Shown piece by piece: positions 36,196-48,941 of a stretch of DNA of 64,000 bases (position 1 is the stretch's first letter; each line of letters opens with the position of its first letter). The notes beneath the pieces are model-generated. The model ran no database searches. It was not told the DNA's origin and saw only the letters and a list, made by a program, of their open reading frames with translations. The position numbers and the translations under genes are program-made. Origin of the DNA: an uncultured delta proteobacterium (GTDB lineage Bacteria; Myxococcota_A; UBA9160; SMWR01); NCBI GenBank assembly GCA_963832165.1, contig CAWHTE010000007.1, positions 1,002,425-1,066,424 of the forward strand. Direction: 5' to 3'.

Positions 36196-37687
36196 CTCCG
36201 ACGCGAAGCACGTCCTCGTGATCGGCGGCTCGGTCGCCGGGCTCGGCGTCGCACTCGCGCTCTCGAGCCGCGGTCACCGCGTCACGATCCTCGAGTCCGA
36301 CGCCGCCCCGCTTCCGGATAGCCACACCGAGGCTTTCGAGCGCTGGGACCGCCGCGGCTCGCCCCAGACCCGACACTCGCACGCGCTCCTGGCGCGGCTG
36401 CGAAACCTGATCCGCACCCACGCGCCCGAGCTGCTCGACAAGCTCCTCGCCTGCGGCGCGGAGGAGCTGCGCTTCACCGATCGCGTGCGGGAGATCTTCG
36501 CGGATCCCGTGATCGAGGAAGGCGACGACGAGATCGTGTTCCTGGCCTGCCGCCGCATCACCTTCGAGTGGGTGTTGCGGCGCCACGTCGAGGACACCGG
36601 GCGCGTCCGCTTCCGCGACGGCGTCGAGGTGACGCGGCTCGAGGCCGAGCGCGATCCCGCGACGTCACTTCCGCGTGTCACCGGTGTGTGGGTGAGGACA
36701 CCGAGCGCAGGCGAAACGCTCGTGCGCGGCGATCTCGTCGTGGACGCGTCGGGCCGGCGCTCGAAGCTCAGGAGCTGGCTGCCCGTGATCGGCACCCCGG
36801 AGGTGCGCGAGGCGTCGAGCCCGTGCGGGATCTTCTACACCTCGCGCTTCTACCGGCTGCTCGACGGCGTGACGCCGCCCGACCGCGAGGGCGGCATCAT
36901 CGGCATCGACCTCGGCTACCTGAAGGTGGGCATCTTCGCGGGCGACTCGCGCGTGTTCTCGATCACGCTCGCGGCGTCCCCCAGCGACGATGACATGCGC
37001 GGCGTGCTTCACCGTCCGGCGTTCGAGGCCGCGGTGGCCGCCATACCGCTCGCCGCGCAGTGGGCGTCGGTCTCCGAGCCGATCACCGACGTGCACGGCA
37101 TGGCGAACCTCAAGAACACGCGACGCTGGCTGGTCGAGAACGGCGAGCCGCTGGCCCTCGGCTTCGTCGCCGTCGGCGACGCGCTGATCCACACCAATCC
37201 GATCGTCGGCCGCGGCTGCTCGCTCGCGTGGACCGCTGCGTTCGCGCTCGCCGACTGCCTGGACGCACATCCCGACGATCTGCGCGCGCTCGCGCTCGCC
37301 TACGACGCGTGCATCGTGCGCGACGTCGTGCCGTGGTACGACCTGCAGCTGGTGCAGGACGCAGACGCGATCGAGATCGCCGAGGCGCAGCAGCGCGGCG
37401 AGGATCCGTTCGAGACCCGCAACCCCGACGGCACGCAGAACCCGAAGGCGTTCGTGCGCTCACTGCTCAAGCATGCGCTCATGCCCGCGCTGCGGGAGGA
37501 CCAGCGCCTGCTCCGCGTCTTCATGCGTACCCTGAACCTGCTCGAGCGTCCCGGCAACCTGATGAAGAACCCGATCGTGATCCAGGGCCTGCTCGCGTCG
37601 TACGCGCGGCGCGATCAGCGCGAGCCCGTGGTGCTGGGTCCGTCGCGCGAGGAGATGCTGGCGCGCTTCGGCGCAGAGATCCCCTAG
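36188..37687 (+). CDS. FAD-dependent oxidoreductase/monooxygenase
   Basis: VIGGSVAGL, PQ.RHSH, VVDASGRRS, VGDA..HTNP..GRGC. Confidence 0.88.
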   Translation: MPDSDAKHVLVIGGSVAGLGVALALSSRGHRVTILESDAAPLPDSHTEAFERWDRRGSPQTRHSHALLARLRNLIRTHAPELLDKLLACGAEELRFTDRVREIFADPVIEEGDDEIVFLACRRITFEWVLRRHVEDTGRVRFRDGVEVTRLEAERDPATSLPRVTGVWVRTPSAGETLVRGDLVVDASGRRSKLRSWLPVIGTPEVREASSPCGIFYTSRFYRLLDGVTPPDREGGIIGIDLGYLKVGIFAGDSRVFSITLAASPSDDDMRGVLHRPAFEAAVAAIPLAAQWASVSEPITDVHGMANLKNTRRWLVENGEPLALGFVAVGDALIHTNPIVGRGCSLAWTAAFALADCLDAHPDDLRALALAYDACIVRDVVPWYDLQLVQDADAIEIAEAQQRGEDPFETRNPDGTQNPKAFVRSLLKHALMPALREDQRLLRVFMRTLNLLERPGNLMKNPIVIQGLLASYARRDQREPVVLGPSREEMLARFGAEIP

Positions 37688-39066
37688 ATCCGCGCGCGCG
37701 CCGCGATCCGGATGCGCACGCCATCGCGCGGCTTCAGCGTGAGCAGCGGTTTCGGCGTCACCACGTGCTTGGGATCGACCTCGACGCGGAAGCGCTGCAG
37801 CAGCCGCGCGAGCACGCTGCGCAGCTCGAGCAGCGCGAAGTCCTCGCCGACGCAGCGGCGCCCGCCGAGCCCGAAGGGGAGATACGCGAACGGGTGCCTC
37901 GGCTCGCCGCGCTCGGGCAGGAAGCGGTCCGGGTCGAAGTGGTCCGGTTCGCTCCAGAACTCGGGGTGGCGGTGGATGTAGTACGTCGCCACGAACACAG
38001 TCGCGCCCTTCGGGATGGCGACGCCGTCGATCTCGTCGTCGGCGAGGGCTTCGCGCGGGATCGCGTACGCCGGCGGCGTGGTGCGCAGCACCTCGCGGAT
38101 CGTGCGGCCCAGCAGCTCGAGCCGCGCCAGCGATTCCAACGTCGGCGCGCTGTCACCGAGCACGGCGTCGACCTCGGCTTCGAGTCGCGCGCGCAGAACC
38201 GCGTCGCGGCCGATCTCGTAGAGCGACCACGCGAGCGTCACCGCCGTCGTCTCGTGGCCCGCGTTCACGAACGTCATCAGCTGGTCGTACAGCTCGCCGT
38301 CGGAGAGCGCGGCTCCGGTCTCCTCGTCGCGCACGCCGAGCAGGAGCCCGAGCAGATCCTCGGGCGGCGGATCCATCCGGCGATGGCCGTCGATCATGCC
38401 GCCGATGAATCGCTTCACCCAGCGCAGCGACTCCTGGATTGCCCGATTGCGACGCGTCGGCACCCAGAGCGGCGGCGTCCACAGGTGATCGAACAGGTAC
38501 TGCGCGTAGGCGGCGGCCTGATGAGCCAAGCGGTGGAACTCGTCGGCCTGCTCGCGCACGTCGCTGCCGAACATCGCGCGGCAGACGATGTCGAGCGCTG
38601 CCTTCGAGGTGTACGGCATCACCTCGAACCAGTCGCCGCCCGCGCGCTCGCGTTGCCAGGCCGCGAGCATCTCGTCGGCGCCCGCGACCAGGTGCGGCAC
38701 GAGCGCCTCGATCCGCGCGCGCTGGAAGGCGGGGACGACGAGCTTGCGCTGCCGGCGCCACTCGTCGCCATCGGCGAAGAAGACGCCGTTGCCCGCGAGC
38801 GGTCGCAGCTTTGCGATCTGGCGTCCCTTCCAGTAGTTGCGCGCATTGCGGATCAGCACGTGGCGGGCGTGCTCGGGCCGGCGCAGCGCCACGAAGCGCG
38901 CCGGTCCCGCGCGCACGCCCACGGCGTCGCCGTGCTGCGCGAAGAGCGCAGCCATGTAGCCGATGCTGTCCTCGCGGATCCCGCGCAGGAACGGCGCCGG
39001 CGTCCAATCGCGCGGGCCCGGAGGAAACACGGCGGCGCGCTGCGCGAGCGCGGCGTCTACGGACAT
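37684..39066 (-). CDS. Cytochrome P450
   Basis: AGHETT, ExxR (EVLR), FDPDRF, PFGLGGRRCVG heme motif. Confidence 0.95.
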   Translation of the reverse strand: MSVDAALAQRAAVFPPGPRDWTPAPFLRGIREDSIGYMAALFAQHGDAVGVRAGPARFVALRRPEHARHVLIRNARNYWKGRQIAKLRPLAGNGVFFADGDEWRRQRKLVVPAFQRARIEALVPHLVAGADEMLAAWQRERAGGDWFEVMPYTSKAALDIVCRAMFGSDVREQADEFHRLAHQAAAYAQYLFDHLWTPPLWVPTRRNRAIQESLRWVKRFIGGMIDGHRRMDPPPEDLLGLLLGVRDEETGAALSDGELYDQLMTFVNAGHETTAVTLAWSLYEIGRDAVLRARLEAEVDAVLGDSAPTLESLARLELLGRTIREVLRTTPPAYAIPREALADDEIDGVAIPKGATVFVATYYIHRHPEFWSEPDHFDPDRFLPERGEPRHPFAYLPFGLGGRRCVGEDFALLELRSVLARLLQRFRVEVDPKHVVTPKPLLTLKPRDGVRIRIAARARI

Positions 39067-39088
39067 TCGAGCTTCCTCTTCTCGAGCG

Positions 39089-40255
<1,167 letters not shown>

Positions 40256-40303
40256 CGGCGGTCTCCCTCCGTCCTGTGAGGCTGCCCAAGCTACCGCAGG
40301 CGC

Positions 40304-40346
40304 GAAAAGAAACGGGCCCGGAAGCACGGGGGGTGCCTCCGGGCCC
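40304..40346 (-). terminator. Rho-independent terminator of the phasin-like gene
   Basis: GGGCCCGGA...TCCGGGCCC stem followed on the minus strand by GTTTCTTTT. Confidence 0.8.
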
Positions 40347-40377
40347 AGGTTCGACCGGGGGGAGAGGAAGGGGGGGA

Positions 40378-40836
40378 CTAAGCGGTCGCGGCGCCGTTCG
40401 GGCGCTTGCGGCGACCCATCTCCTTCACCTGTTTGTTGATGGCGGAGATCTTCCGGTCGATGCGGTCCAGGTCGCTCGTCGAAGCGATCTGGAGACGGTT
40501 CAGGACGCCTGTGATGCTCTGCTCGAACTGCTTGGTCGCATCCTTGCGGAGCGTGTCGAGCCGCTTCACCGCGGGGTTCTTCTCGAGCTCGGTGCGCAGC
40601 TTCTGGGTGCGCTTCTCGATCTGCTTGCGCTGCGTCTCGAACCGCTTCTCGATCTCCTTGCGCTGCGACGTGAAGCGCTTCTCGACTTCCTTGCGGCCCG
40701 TCTCGAGCCGCTTCTCGATCTTCTTGCGGCGAACGCGCAGCTCGCGCTGGACGCGCTTGAGCTCGGTGCCGACCGTGCCGGCGGCCTCGCGGACGCGCTC
40801 GACGCCGTCCTGGAACAGAGTGGTGGATTCGGCCAT
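40378..40836 (-). CDS. Phasin-like (PhaF/PhaI-type) granule-associated coiled-coil protein
   Basis: GAGGAG RBS; C-terminal VLNRLQIAS.SDLDRIDRKISAI resembles the PhaF/PhaI tail. Confidence 0.7.
   Translation of the reverse strand: MAESTTLFQDGVERVREAAGTVGTELKRVQRELRVRRKKIEKRLETGRKEVEKRFTSQRKEIEKRFETQRKQIEKRTQKLRTELEKNPAVKRLDTLRKDATKQFEQSITGVLNRLQIASTSDLDRIDRKISAINKQVKEMGRRKRPNGAATA
40610..40741 (-). repeat. Four 33-bp (11-aa) tandem coding repeats, RK.[IV]EKR
   Basis: CGCTTCTCGA recurs at 40610, 40643, 40676 and 40709. Confidence 0.9.
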
Positions 40837-41036
40837 GGAGGACTCCTCGTTGGCGCGCACGGGGTGGGTGGCGCCGGGTTCGGGGGTGGGGAGGTTGTCG
40901 GGATCGTCGCCGCCGGTAGACCCCGGCGTGGGCGCGGGCGACTCGGTTGTGACGCAGCAAAATCTAACACGGTGCGTCAATGCGTCAAGATCGCCGGACG
41001 AACTTTCTTGATTTTTCTCGGATCAGGCGCGCGCAA

Positions 41037-42044
41037 TCACAGGCGTACGAGCGCGCTGGTCCACGAGAATCCCGATCCGAAGCTCGTCATCGCCACGAGC
41101 TGGCCGCGCTGGATGCGGCCGGCGCGGACCCCCTCGTCGAGCAGCATCGGGATCGAGGCCGCTGAGCAGTTGCCGTAGCGGTCGATGTTCGTCGGGCACT
41201 TTTCGGGCGGAATTCCGAGCTGTTGCGCCACGTATTCATTGATGCGCAGGTTCGCCTGGTGGAACAGGAAGTGGTCGACGTCCTCGATCTTGAGGCTCGC
41301 CGCGGACAGCGCCTCGAGCAGGACCTCGGGCATGCGGCGCGTCGCGTGCTTGAACACGAGCCGTCCCTGCATGCGCGGGAAGTGGCGCTTCTGATCGATC
41401 AGCTCGTGGGTGATCCGGGTCGGCTGGAACGCCGAGCCCGGGGCCTCGATCCAGAGCTTGTCCGCGTGCGACCCCTCCGCGTGTAGCCGCACCTCGAGGA
41501 TCTCGGCGGGATCGTCGGTGTCGTCATTGGCCTCGACTACGACGGCCCCCGCGCCATCGCCGAACAGCACGGCGACCTCGCGGCCCTCGGTGGTGTGGTC
41601 GAGGCCGGTCGAGTGGATCTCGCAGCCGATCACGAGCACGCGCCTGTACTGGCCCGTGCGCACGAACGCGTTCGCGACCGAAAGCGAGTAGACGAAGCCG
41701 CTGCACTGCGCGCGCAGGTCGAAGCACGGCGCGTCGGCGAGACCGAGCCGGTCGTGCAGGAAGAACGACGTGCCCGGGAAGTCGGCCTCGGACGACAGCG
41801 TGGCGAGAATGACCATGTCGATGTCGCCCGGCTCGAGCCCGGCGGCCTCGAGTGCGCGCTGCACCGCCACGTGGGCGAGCTCCGACGGTTTCTGTCCGGG
41901 CTCGACGTAGTAGCGCGTCACGATTCCCGAGCGCTGGCGGATCCACTCGTCGCTCGTGTCCATGAGCTTCGCGAGATCGTCATTGGTGACCAGCCGCGTG
42001 GGCACGCACATGCCCGTCCCGGTGATCCTGGCTCGCCGCATCAT
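41037..42044 (-). CDS. fabH: 3-oxoacyl-ACP synthase III family
   Basis: DTSDEWI.QRSGI, AQCSGF, LFGDGAGA, HQANLRI, YGN.SAASIP, FGSGFSW. Confidence 0.92.
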   Translation of the reverse strand: MMRRARITGTGMCVPTRLVTNDDLAKLMDTSDEWIRQRSGIVTRYYVEPGQKPSELAHVAVQRALEAAGLEPGDIDMVILATLSSEADFPGTSFFLHDRLGLADAPCFDLRAQCSGFVYSLSVANAFVRTGQYRRVLVIGCEIHSTGLDHTTEGREVAVLFGDGAGAVVVEANDDTDDPAEILEVRLHAEGSHADKLWIEAPGSAFQPTRITHELIDQKRHFPRMQGRLVFKHATRRMPEVLLEALSAASLKIEDVDHFLFHQANLRINEYVAQQLGIPPEKCPTNIDRYGNCSAASIPMLLDEGVRAGRIQRGQLVAMTSFGSGFSWTSALVRL

Positions 42045-43732
42045 CGTCCCCCCTGTGCCACCGCGCGTGCGATCGCGCGCGGCTCCCGCTCTTCGCGCTC
42101 CTGCCAGAGCACATGTTCCGCGCGCTCGATCAGATCCGACAGACCGCTCCTGGCGAGCGCCGACACCGCCACGCCGTCGTGACGCTCAGCGATTGCGGCG
42201 CCGATGCGCGGCGGCAGGCGGTCGATCTGGTTGAACACGAGCAGCTCCGGCGTGTGTCCGAGGCCGATCGCCGTGAGCACCTCGCGCACGGCCTCGATCC
42301 GGCGCTCGAAGTCGGGCGCTGCGGCGTCCACCACGTGGAGCAGCAGGTCGGCGTCCTCGAGCTCCTCGAGCGTGGCGCGGAACGCAGCGACCAGGTCCTG
42401 CGGCAGATCGCGGATGAAGCCCACCGTGTCGGTGATGATCACCTCGCGCTCGCGCGGGAAGCGCAGCCGGCGCGAGGTGGGATCGAGCGTCGCGAACATC
42501 GCGTCGGCCACGTGGACGTCGGTGTCGGTGAGCGAGCGCAGGAGCGTGCTCTTGCCGGCGTTGGTGTAGCCGACGATCGAGAGGATCGGCACGTCGCGCC
42601 GCGCGCGCCGCTTGCGGCGCGACTCGCGCTGCGCGCGCAGGCGTACGAGCTCGCGTTCGAGGCGCGCGATGCGATCGCGCACGCGGCGGCGATCCGTTTC
42701 GAGCTTCGTTTCGCCGGGTCCGCGTCCGCCGATGCCGCCCATCAGACGCGAGAGCGCGATGTCGGCTCGCTGCGCGAGCCGCGGCAGCCGGTATTTGAGC
42801 TGAGCCAGCTCCACCTGGAGCTTGCCGTCCGCGGTGCGCGCACGCTGCGCGAAGATGTCGAGGATCAGCTGGGTGCGGTCGATCACGCGCAGCTCCAGCC
42901 GCTCGGCGAGATTGCGCGCCTGGGTCGGCGAGAGGTTCTGATCGAAGATCACGAGATCCACGTCGCTCTGGAACGCGCGGATCACGAGGTCCTGGAGCCG
43001 GCCCGGACCGATCAGGAACTTGCGATCGATCTGCGGCCGGTGCTGGGTGACGACGTCCACCACGTCGACGCCCGCGGAGCGCGCGAGCTCGGCGAGCTCT
43101 TCGAGCTGGCGCTCGAAGTCGAGGGGTCGGCGGCCGGCCGTGACGGAGACGAGGATCGCGCGCTCGCCGAGGCCGATCTCGCGCGTGCGGTCCTGACGCG
43201 CGAGCTCCTCCTCGCGCGCGCGAATCCAGTCGCGGAAGTCGAGGTCGAGCAGTGCGGGCGGTCGCGGCTCGAGCCGCTCGATCCCGTCTTCTGCGTCGCG
43301 CGTCGGGCGCAGCGCCGCGATGTGCGCGAGGCCGGGCAGCCCCGCCTGGGTGGTGCCGATCGCGATCATCGCGTCGAGCCGCAGCACCGCGAGGTCGGTC
43401 TCGTCGTCGCGGTCGAGCGGCGCGTCGCCGACGTGCGTGTGGATGCAGCGCAGCCCGCGCAGCCGGCCGCGGCCCGCGCGCAGGCGGCCCCAGTCGGGCA
43501 TCGAGATCTCTCGCGCGTCGCCCACCATCACGTGGGTCACGGCGCCGCGCCGGTCGACGAGCACCCCGACCTGCCGGCCGGTCTCGGCCGTGAACTCGGA
43601 TAGCTGCCGGGCGAACTCGTGCGTGACGAACCGCTCGGGCGGGAGGCGACGCTGAGCCAGGCGTTCGAGCTGGCGGGTCTGGCTGGCCTTCAGGCCATGC
43701 GTGTTGCCGGTGACGTGGATCTCGGACCCCAT
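42041..43732 (-). CDS. hflX: GTPase HflX (long form with N-terminal extension)
   Basis: DRTQLILDIFA.RA, LQVELAQL.Y.LPRL, GPGETKLE.DRR, GYTNAGKST, FATLDPT, DTVGFI. Confidence 0.95.
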   Translation of the reverse strand: MGSEIHVTGNTHGLKASQTRQLERLAQRRLPPERFVTHEFARQLSEFTAETGRQVGVLVDRRGAVTHVMVGDAREISMPDWGRLRAGRGRLRGLRCIHTHVGDAPLDRDDETDLAVLRLDAMIAIGTTQAGLPGLAHIAALRPTRDAEDGIERLEPRPPALLDLDFRDWIRAREEELARQDRTREIGLGERAILVSVTAGRRPLDFERQLEELAELARSAGVDVVDVVTQHRPQIDRKFLIGPGRLQDLVIRAFQSDVDLVIFDQNLSPTQARNLAERLELRVIDRTQLILDIFAQRARTADGKLQVELAQLKYRLPRLAQRADIALSRLMGGIGGRGPGETKLETDRRRVRDRIARLERELVRLRAQRESRRKRRARRDVPILSIVGYTNAGKSTLLRSLTDTDVHVADAMFATLDPTSRRLRFPREREVIITDTVGFIRDLPQDLVAAFRATLEELEDADLLLHVVDAAAPDFERRIEAVREVLTAIGLGHTPELLVFNQIDRLPPRIGAAIAERHDGVAVSALARSGLSDLIERAEHVLWQEREEREPRAIARAVAQGGR

Positions 43733-43918
43733 TCCGGGGCGCGGCGCGCCCAGTGCCTTGAAAATCTAGCAGTGATCGCCCCGGTCCCGGTGCAGGCGGG
43801 TGGGATGCCCCGCGGGATTGCGCGCTTCCGCACGGGCATCGCCGCTGGTAGGTTCGCGTTCGAATTTGCGAACCAGACCCGCCAGATCTTCCCCCGATTC
43901 GCCGATGACAGGAGGAGC

Positions 43919-45241
43919 ATGGCCGCTCGCGAACTCGCCGCGCTGATCCTCGCTGCTGGTAAGGGGACCCGCCTGAACTCGCGCCGGCCGAAGGTGCTGC
44001 ACGAGATCTGCGGTCGCCCGATGCTCTCCTTCGCGCTCGACGCCGCGGGATCACTCGACGCCAAGCGCTGCCTCGTCGTGATCGGGCACGGCGCCGAGGA
44101 GGTCGAGAAGCGCTTCGCGGGCCGCGCCGAGTTCGTGCTGCAGGCGGAGCAGCGCGGCACGGGTCACGCCGTGCAGCTGTGCCGCGAGCCCCTCCGAGGC
44201 TTCGCGGGCGACGTGCTCGTGCTCTACGGCGATACCCCGCTGCTGCGCGGCGAGACGCTCGCGCGCATGGTCGGGTTCAAGCGCGAGACCGGCGCCGACC
44301 TCGTGCTGCTCTCCGCGCCGGTCGACGTGCCCGGGATCGTGGTGCGCGACCGCGACGGCAACGTCGCGCGCATCGTCGAAGTCACCGACGCTACGCCCGA
44401 GGAGCTCGCGATCAGCGAGCGCAACACGGGCGTGTACCTGCTCGACGCAGGACTGCTCTGGAAGCTCCTCGACCGCGTGGACGATCACAACGCACAGCGC
44501 GAGCTGTACATCACCTCGATCGTCGAGCTCGCCGTGAGCGACGGCTGCCGCGTGGAAGCGCTCGTGGTGCCCGACGCCGACGAGGCGCTCGGCATCAACA
44601 CGCGGGCGCAGCTCGCACAGGCGGGCGCGCGCATGCGCGAGCGCATCTTGAATCGCGTGATGGCGGCTGGCGTCACGATCGTCGACCCGTCGTCGACCTA
44701 CATCGACGTCGACGTGGAGATCGGCTCCGACACGCTCATCGAGCCGGGCTGCGTGATCCAGGGCGCGACGAAGATCGGCAGCGGGGTGCACCTGAAGCCG
44801 GGCTGCATGATCGAGTCGAGCCGGGTCGGAGACGACGTCGAGATCGGCCCCAACGCGCACCTGCGGCCCAACTGCGTGATCGGCGACCGATCCCGGATCG
44901 GGAACTTCGTCGAGGTGAAGAACAGCGTGTTCGGGCCGGGTGTGAAGGCCGATCACCTGTCCTACATCGGCGACGCCGACGTCGGCGCGAACGTGAGCTT
45001 CGGCTGTGGATCGGTCGTGGTGAACTACGACGGTCAGAAGAAGCACCGGACCACGGTGGGCGACCGCGCGTTCATCGGCTGCAATGTGAACCTCGTGGCG
45101 CCGATCGTGATCGAGCCCGACGCGTTCGTGGCGGCGGGCTCCACGATCACCACGGCCGTGCCGGCCGGAGCGCTCGGCGTGGCGCGCGCGCGCCAGCGCA
45201 ACGTCGAGGGCTGGGTCGCGCGCCGGCGCAAGCCCGAATAG
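43919..45241 (+). CDS. glmU: Bifunctional UDP-GlcNAc pyrophosphorylase/GlcN-1-P acetyltransferase
   Basis: LAAGKGTR...PKVLH, GTGHA, YGD.PL, GNFVEVK, HLSYIGD, NYDG; AGGAGGAG RBS. Confidence 0.96.
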   Translation: MAARELAALILAAGKGTRLNSRRPKVLHEICGRPMLSFALDAAGSLDAKRCLVVIGHGAEEVEKRFAGRAEFVLQAEQRGTGHAVQLCREPLRGFAGDVLVLYGDTPLLRGETLARMVGFKRETGADLVLLSAPVDVPGIVVRDRDGNVARIVEVTDATPEELAISERNTGVYLLDAGLLWKLLDRVDDHNAQRELYITSIVELAVSDGCRVEALVVPDADEALGINTRAQLAQAGARMRERILNRVMAAGVTIVDPSSTYIDVDVEIGSDTLIEPGCVIQGATKIGSGVHLKPGCMIESSRVGDDVEIGPNAHLRPNCVIGDRSRIGNFVEVKNSVFGPGVKADHLSYIGDADVGANVSFGCGSVVVNYDGQKKHRTTVGDRAFIGCNVNLVAPIVIEPDAFVAAGSTITTAVPAGALGVARARQRNVEGWVARRRKPE

Positions 45242-45276
45242 CCCCCGACCAACCGACCCCCCCAGGAGATCGGATC

Positions 45277-47112
<1,836 letters not shown>

Positions 47113-47116
47113 CGGA

Positions 47117-48052
47117 CTAGCGCCGGGCCGAGACGTCGCCGCCGAGGCATCGCGCGAGCTCCTGCTCGTCCGGATCGGCGAGCGGCGCTCCACGGGAAGC
47201 GGTGAACCGCATCGGCAGCTCGCCGCGCGTCTCGACGCGCACACCGCGCGAGCGCAGGAACGACTCGACGCGCGCGAGCGTCTCGGCCGGCTGCGCGCAG
47301 AGATCCTCGTACTCGATGCGGAGCAGGCGCTCCGGGCCGAGCGCCGCCGCGTCCGCTGCGATGTCCGCGCGCACGCCCTCCACCTGCACGCAGGCCTGTG
47401 CGACGACACTCGCGCGCTCGGCGCTGCGCCAGTTGCTCGGCATCACCGACCACCACGCCCCCGGCATGCGGCTGCCGGTGGCTTCACGCGCGCGGACGAT
47501 CGAGCGGACCGTGTCGGCGGGGCTCCGGCGCCACTTCGATGAACACGGCGCCCGGGAACACCGCGTCGAGCAGCCCGACCTGGACGCTGTGCATGACGTT
47601 CTTGCTCACGAACGGTGCGCCGAGCGCGCGCGAGATGGCCGCGACGGTTCCGCGCATCGCCCCGACCGCGCGTCCGCGGACGTCGCGGCCGCGAGGTGCG
47701 ACTCCTCGGGGATCCAGCGGCGCCAGATCCAGCCCGCCTCGCTCGGCGAGCCCCAGCCCTCGATGTGGCCGTACGCGCTCGCGAAGTCGCCGCGCCACTC
47801 CGCGATGATGCGGCGCCCGAAACGCGTCGCTGCGGCCGGCGTGCGGTGGAGACGGTGCGCGAGGTTCGAGAAGTAGGCGGTGCGAAAGCGCGTGACGAGG
47901 GCCTCGTAGACGATGGTCGTCCCCGAGCGCGGCGGCCCCACGACGAAGCACGGCGGGCCGTGCGCGTCATAGCGCTGGTCGCGCACGAGCAGCGCCTCGA
48001 CGGGTGCGAGCGCGGCCGTCGAGAGGTGGCGGGCGAGCCTCCGGAGCTTCAT
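47117..48052 (-). CDS. Sulfotransferase family protein with several frameshifts (sequence error or pseudogene)
   Basis: PAPS-binding GPPRSGTT, PSEAG..W, FVSKN, R.P.DTV.S and I.YEDLC..P motifs spread over several frames. Confidence 0.75.
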
Positions 48053-48131
48053 GCGATGGACGTCGCGGTCGAGATTGCGCCAGGCATCGCGGCAATGCTA
48101 CGCGGAAGCGGTCGCACTACCATGCGCGGGC

Positions 48132-48941
48132 ATGAGCGCGAAACCGGACCGCTTCGCCTTCGGGAAGAACTGGTCCGACTACGTCGACAAGAACTTCAGC
48201 GAGGAGCGGCTGGGCATCTCCCAGTCGCACCTGCTCGCGTTCCTCGAGCGCGACGATCTGCGCGGGCTCTCGTTCCTCGATATCGGCTGCGGCAGCGGCA
48301 TCCACTCGCTCGCCGCGTGGCGCTCGGGTGCGGAGCGCGTGTTCAGCTTCGACTACGACGCCGATTCGGTCGCGGCGTCGAGGAAGCTGTGGCACCTGGC
48401 GGGTGAGCCGGCCAACTGGCACGTCGAGCAGGGCTCCGTGCTCGACGAGGATTATCTCCGCTCACTCGGCTCGTTCGACATCGTGTACAGCTGGGGCGTC
48501 CTGCATCACACGGGCGCGATGTGGAAGGCCGTGGAGCTCGCGGCGATCCCGATGAAGCCCGATGGGCGCTTCTACATCGCACTCTACTCGAAGGACATCT
48601 ACCGGGACTGGGAGCACTGGGTCGAAGTGAAACAGGCCTATCACGAGGCCGGACGCCTGAAGCGGCTCTGGATGGAGTGGGTCTACGCCTGGGAGACCAC
48701 GATCCGCACCGATCTGCGCAAGCGCCGCAATCCGTTCAAGAGGATGCGCCGCTTCAAGCGCATGCGCGGCATGTCCTACTGGGTGACCGTGCGCGACTGG
48801 GTCGGAGGCTGGCCGATGGAGTTCGCGGGCGATCAGGAGACGGTCGAGTTCTGCGCCCAGCGCGGCCTGGCGCTCGAGCGCATGAAGACGGGCGAGGGCA
48901 ATACCGAGTTCCTGTTCCGACGCGCGGATCGGCCGACGTAA
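48132..48941 (+). CDS. Class I SAM-dependent methyltransferase
   Basis: RFAFGKNW, FLDIGCGSG.HS, FDIVYSWGVLHHTG, DW.GG.P.E. Confidence 0.92.
   Translation: MSAKPDRFAFGKNWSDYVDKNFSEERLGISQSHLLAFLERDDLRGLSFLDIGCGSGIHSLAAWRSGAERVFSFDYDADSVAASRKLWHLAGEPANWHVEQGSVLDEDYLRSLGSFDIVYSWGVLHHTGAMWKAVELAAIPMKPDGRFYIALYSKDIYRDWEHWVEVKQAYHEAGRLKRLWMEWVYAWETTIRTDLRKRRNPFKRMRRFKRMRGMSYWVTVRDWVGGWPMEFAGDQETVEFCAQRGLALERMKTGEGNTEFLFRRADRPT

Noticed and set aside
40610..40741. 33-bp periodic repeats as a CRISPR array
   Set aside because: In-frame degenerate coding repeats without unique spacers; no cas genes
45242..45276. glmS ribozyme upstream of glmS
   Set aside because: Only 35 bp separate glmU and glmS, too short for the ribozyme
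48833..48941. 109-bp convergent overlap between the methyltransferase and SGNH genes
   Set aside because: The overlapping SGNH tail lies beyond the catalytic domain; such 3' overlaps are common in GC-rich genomes
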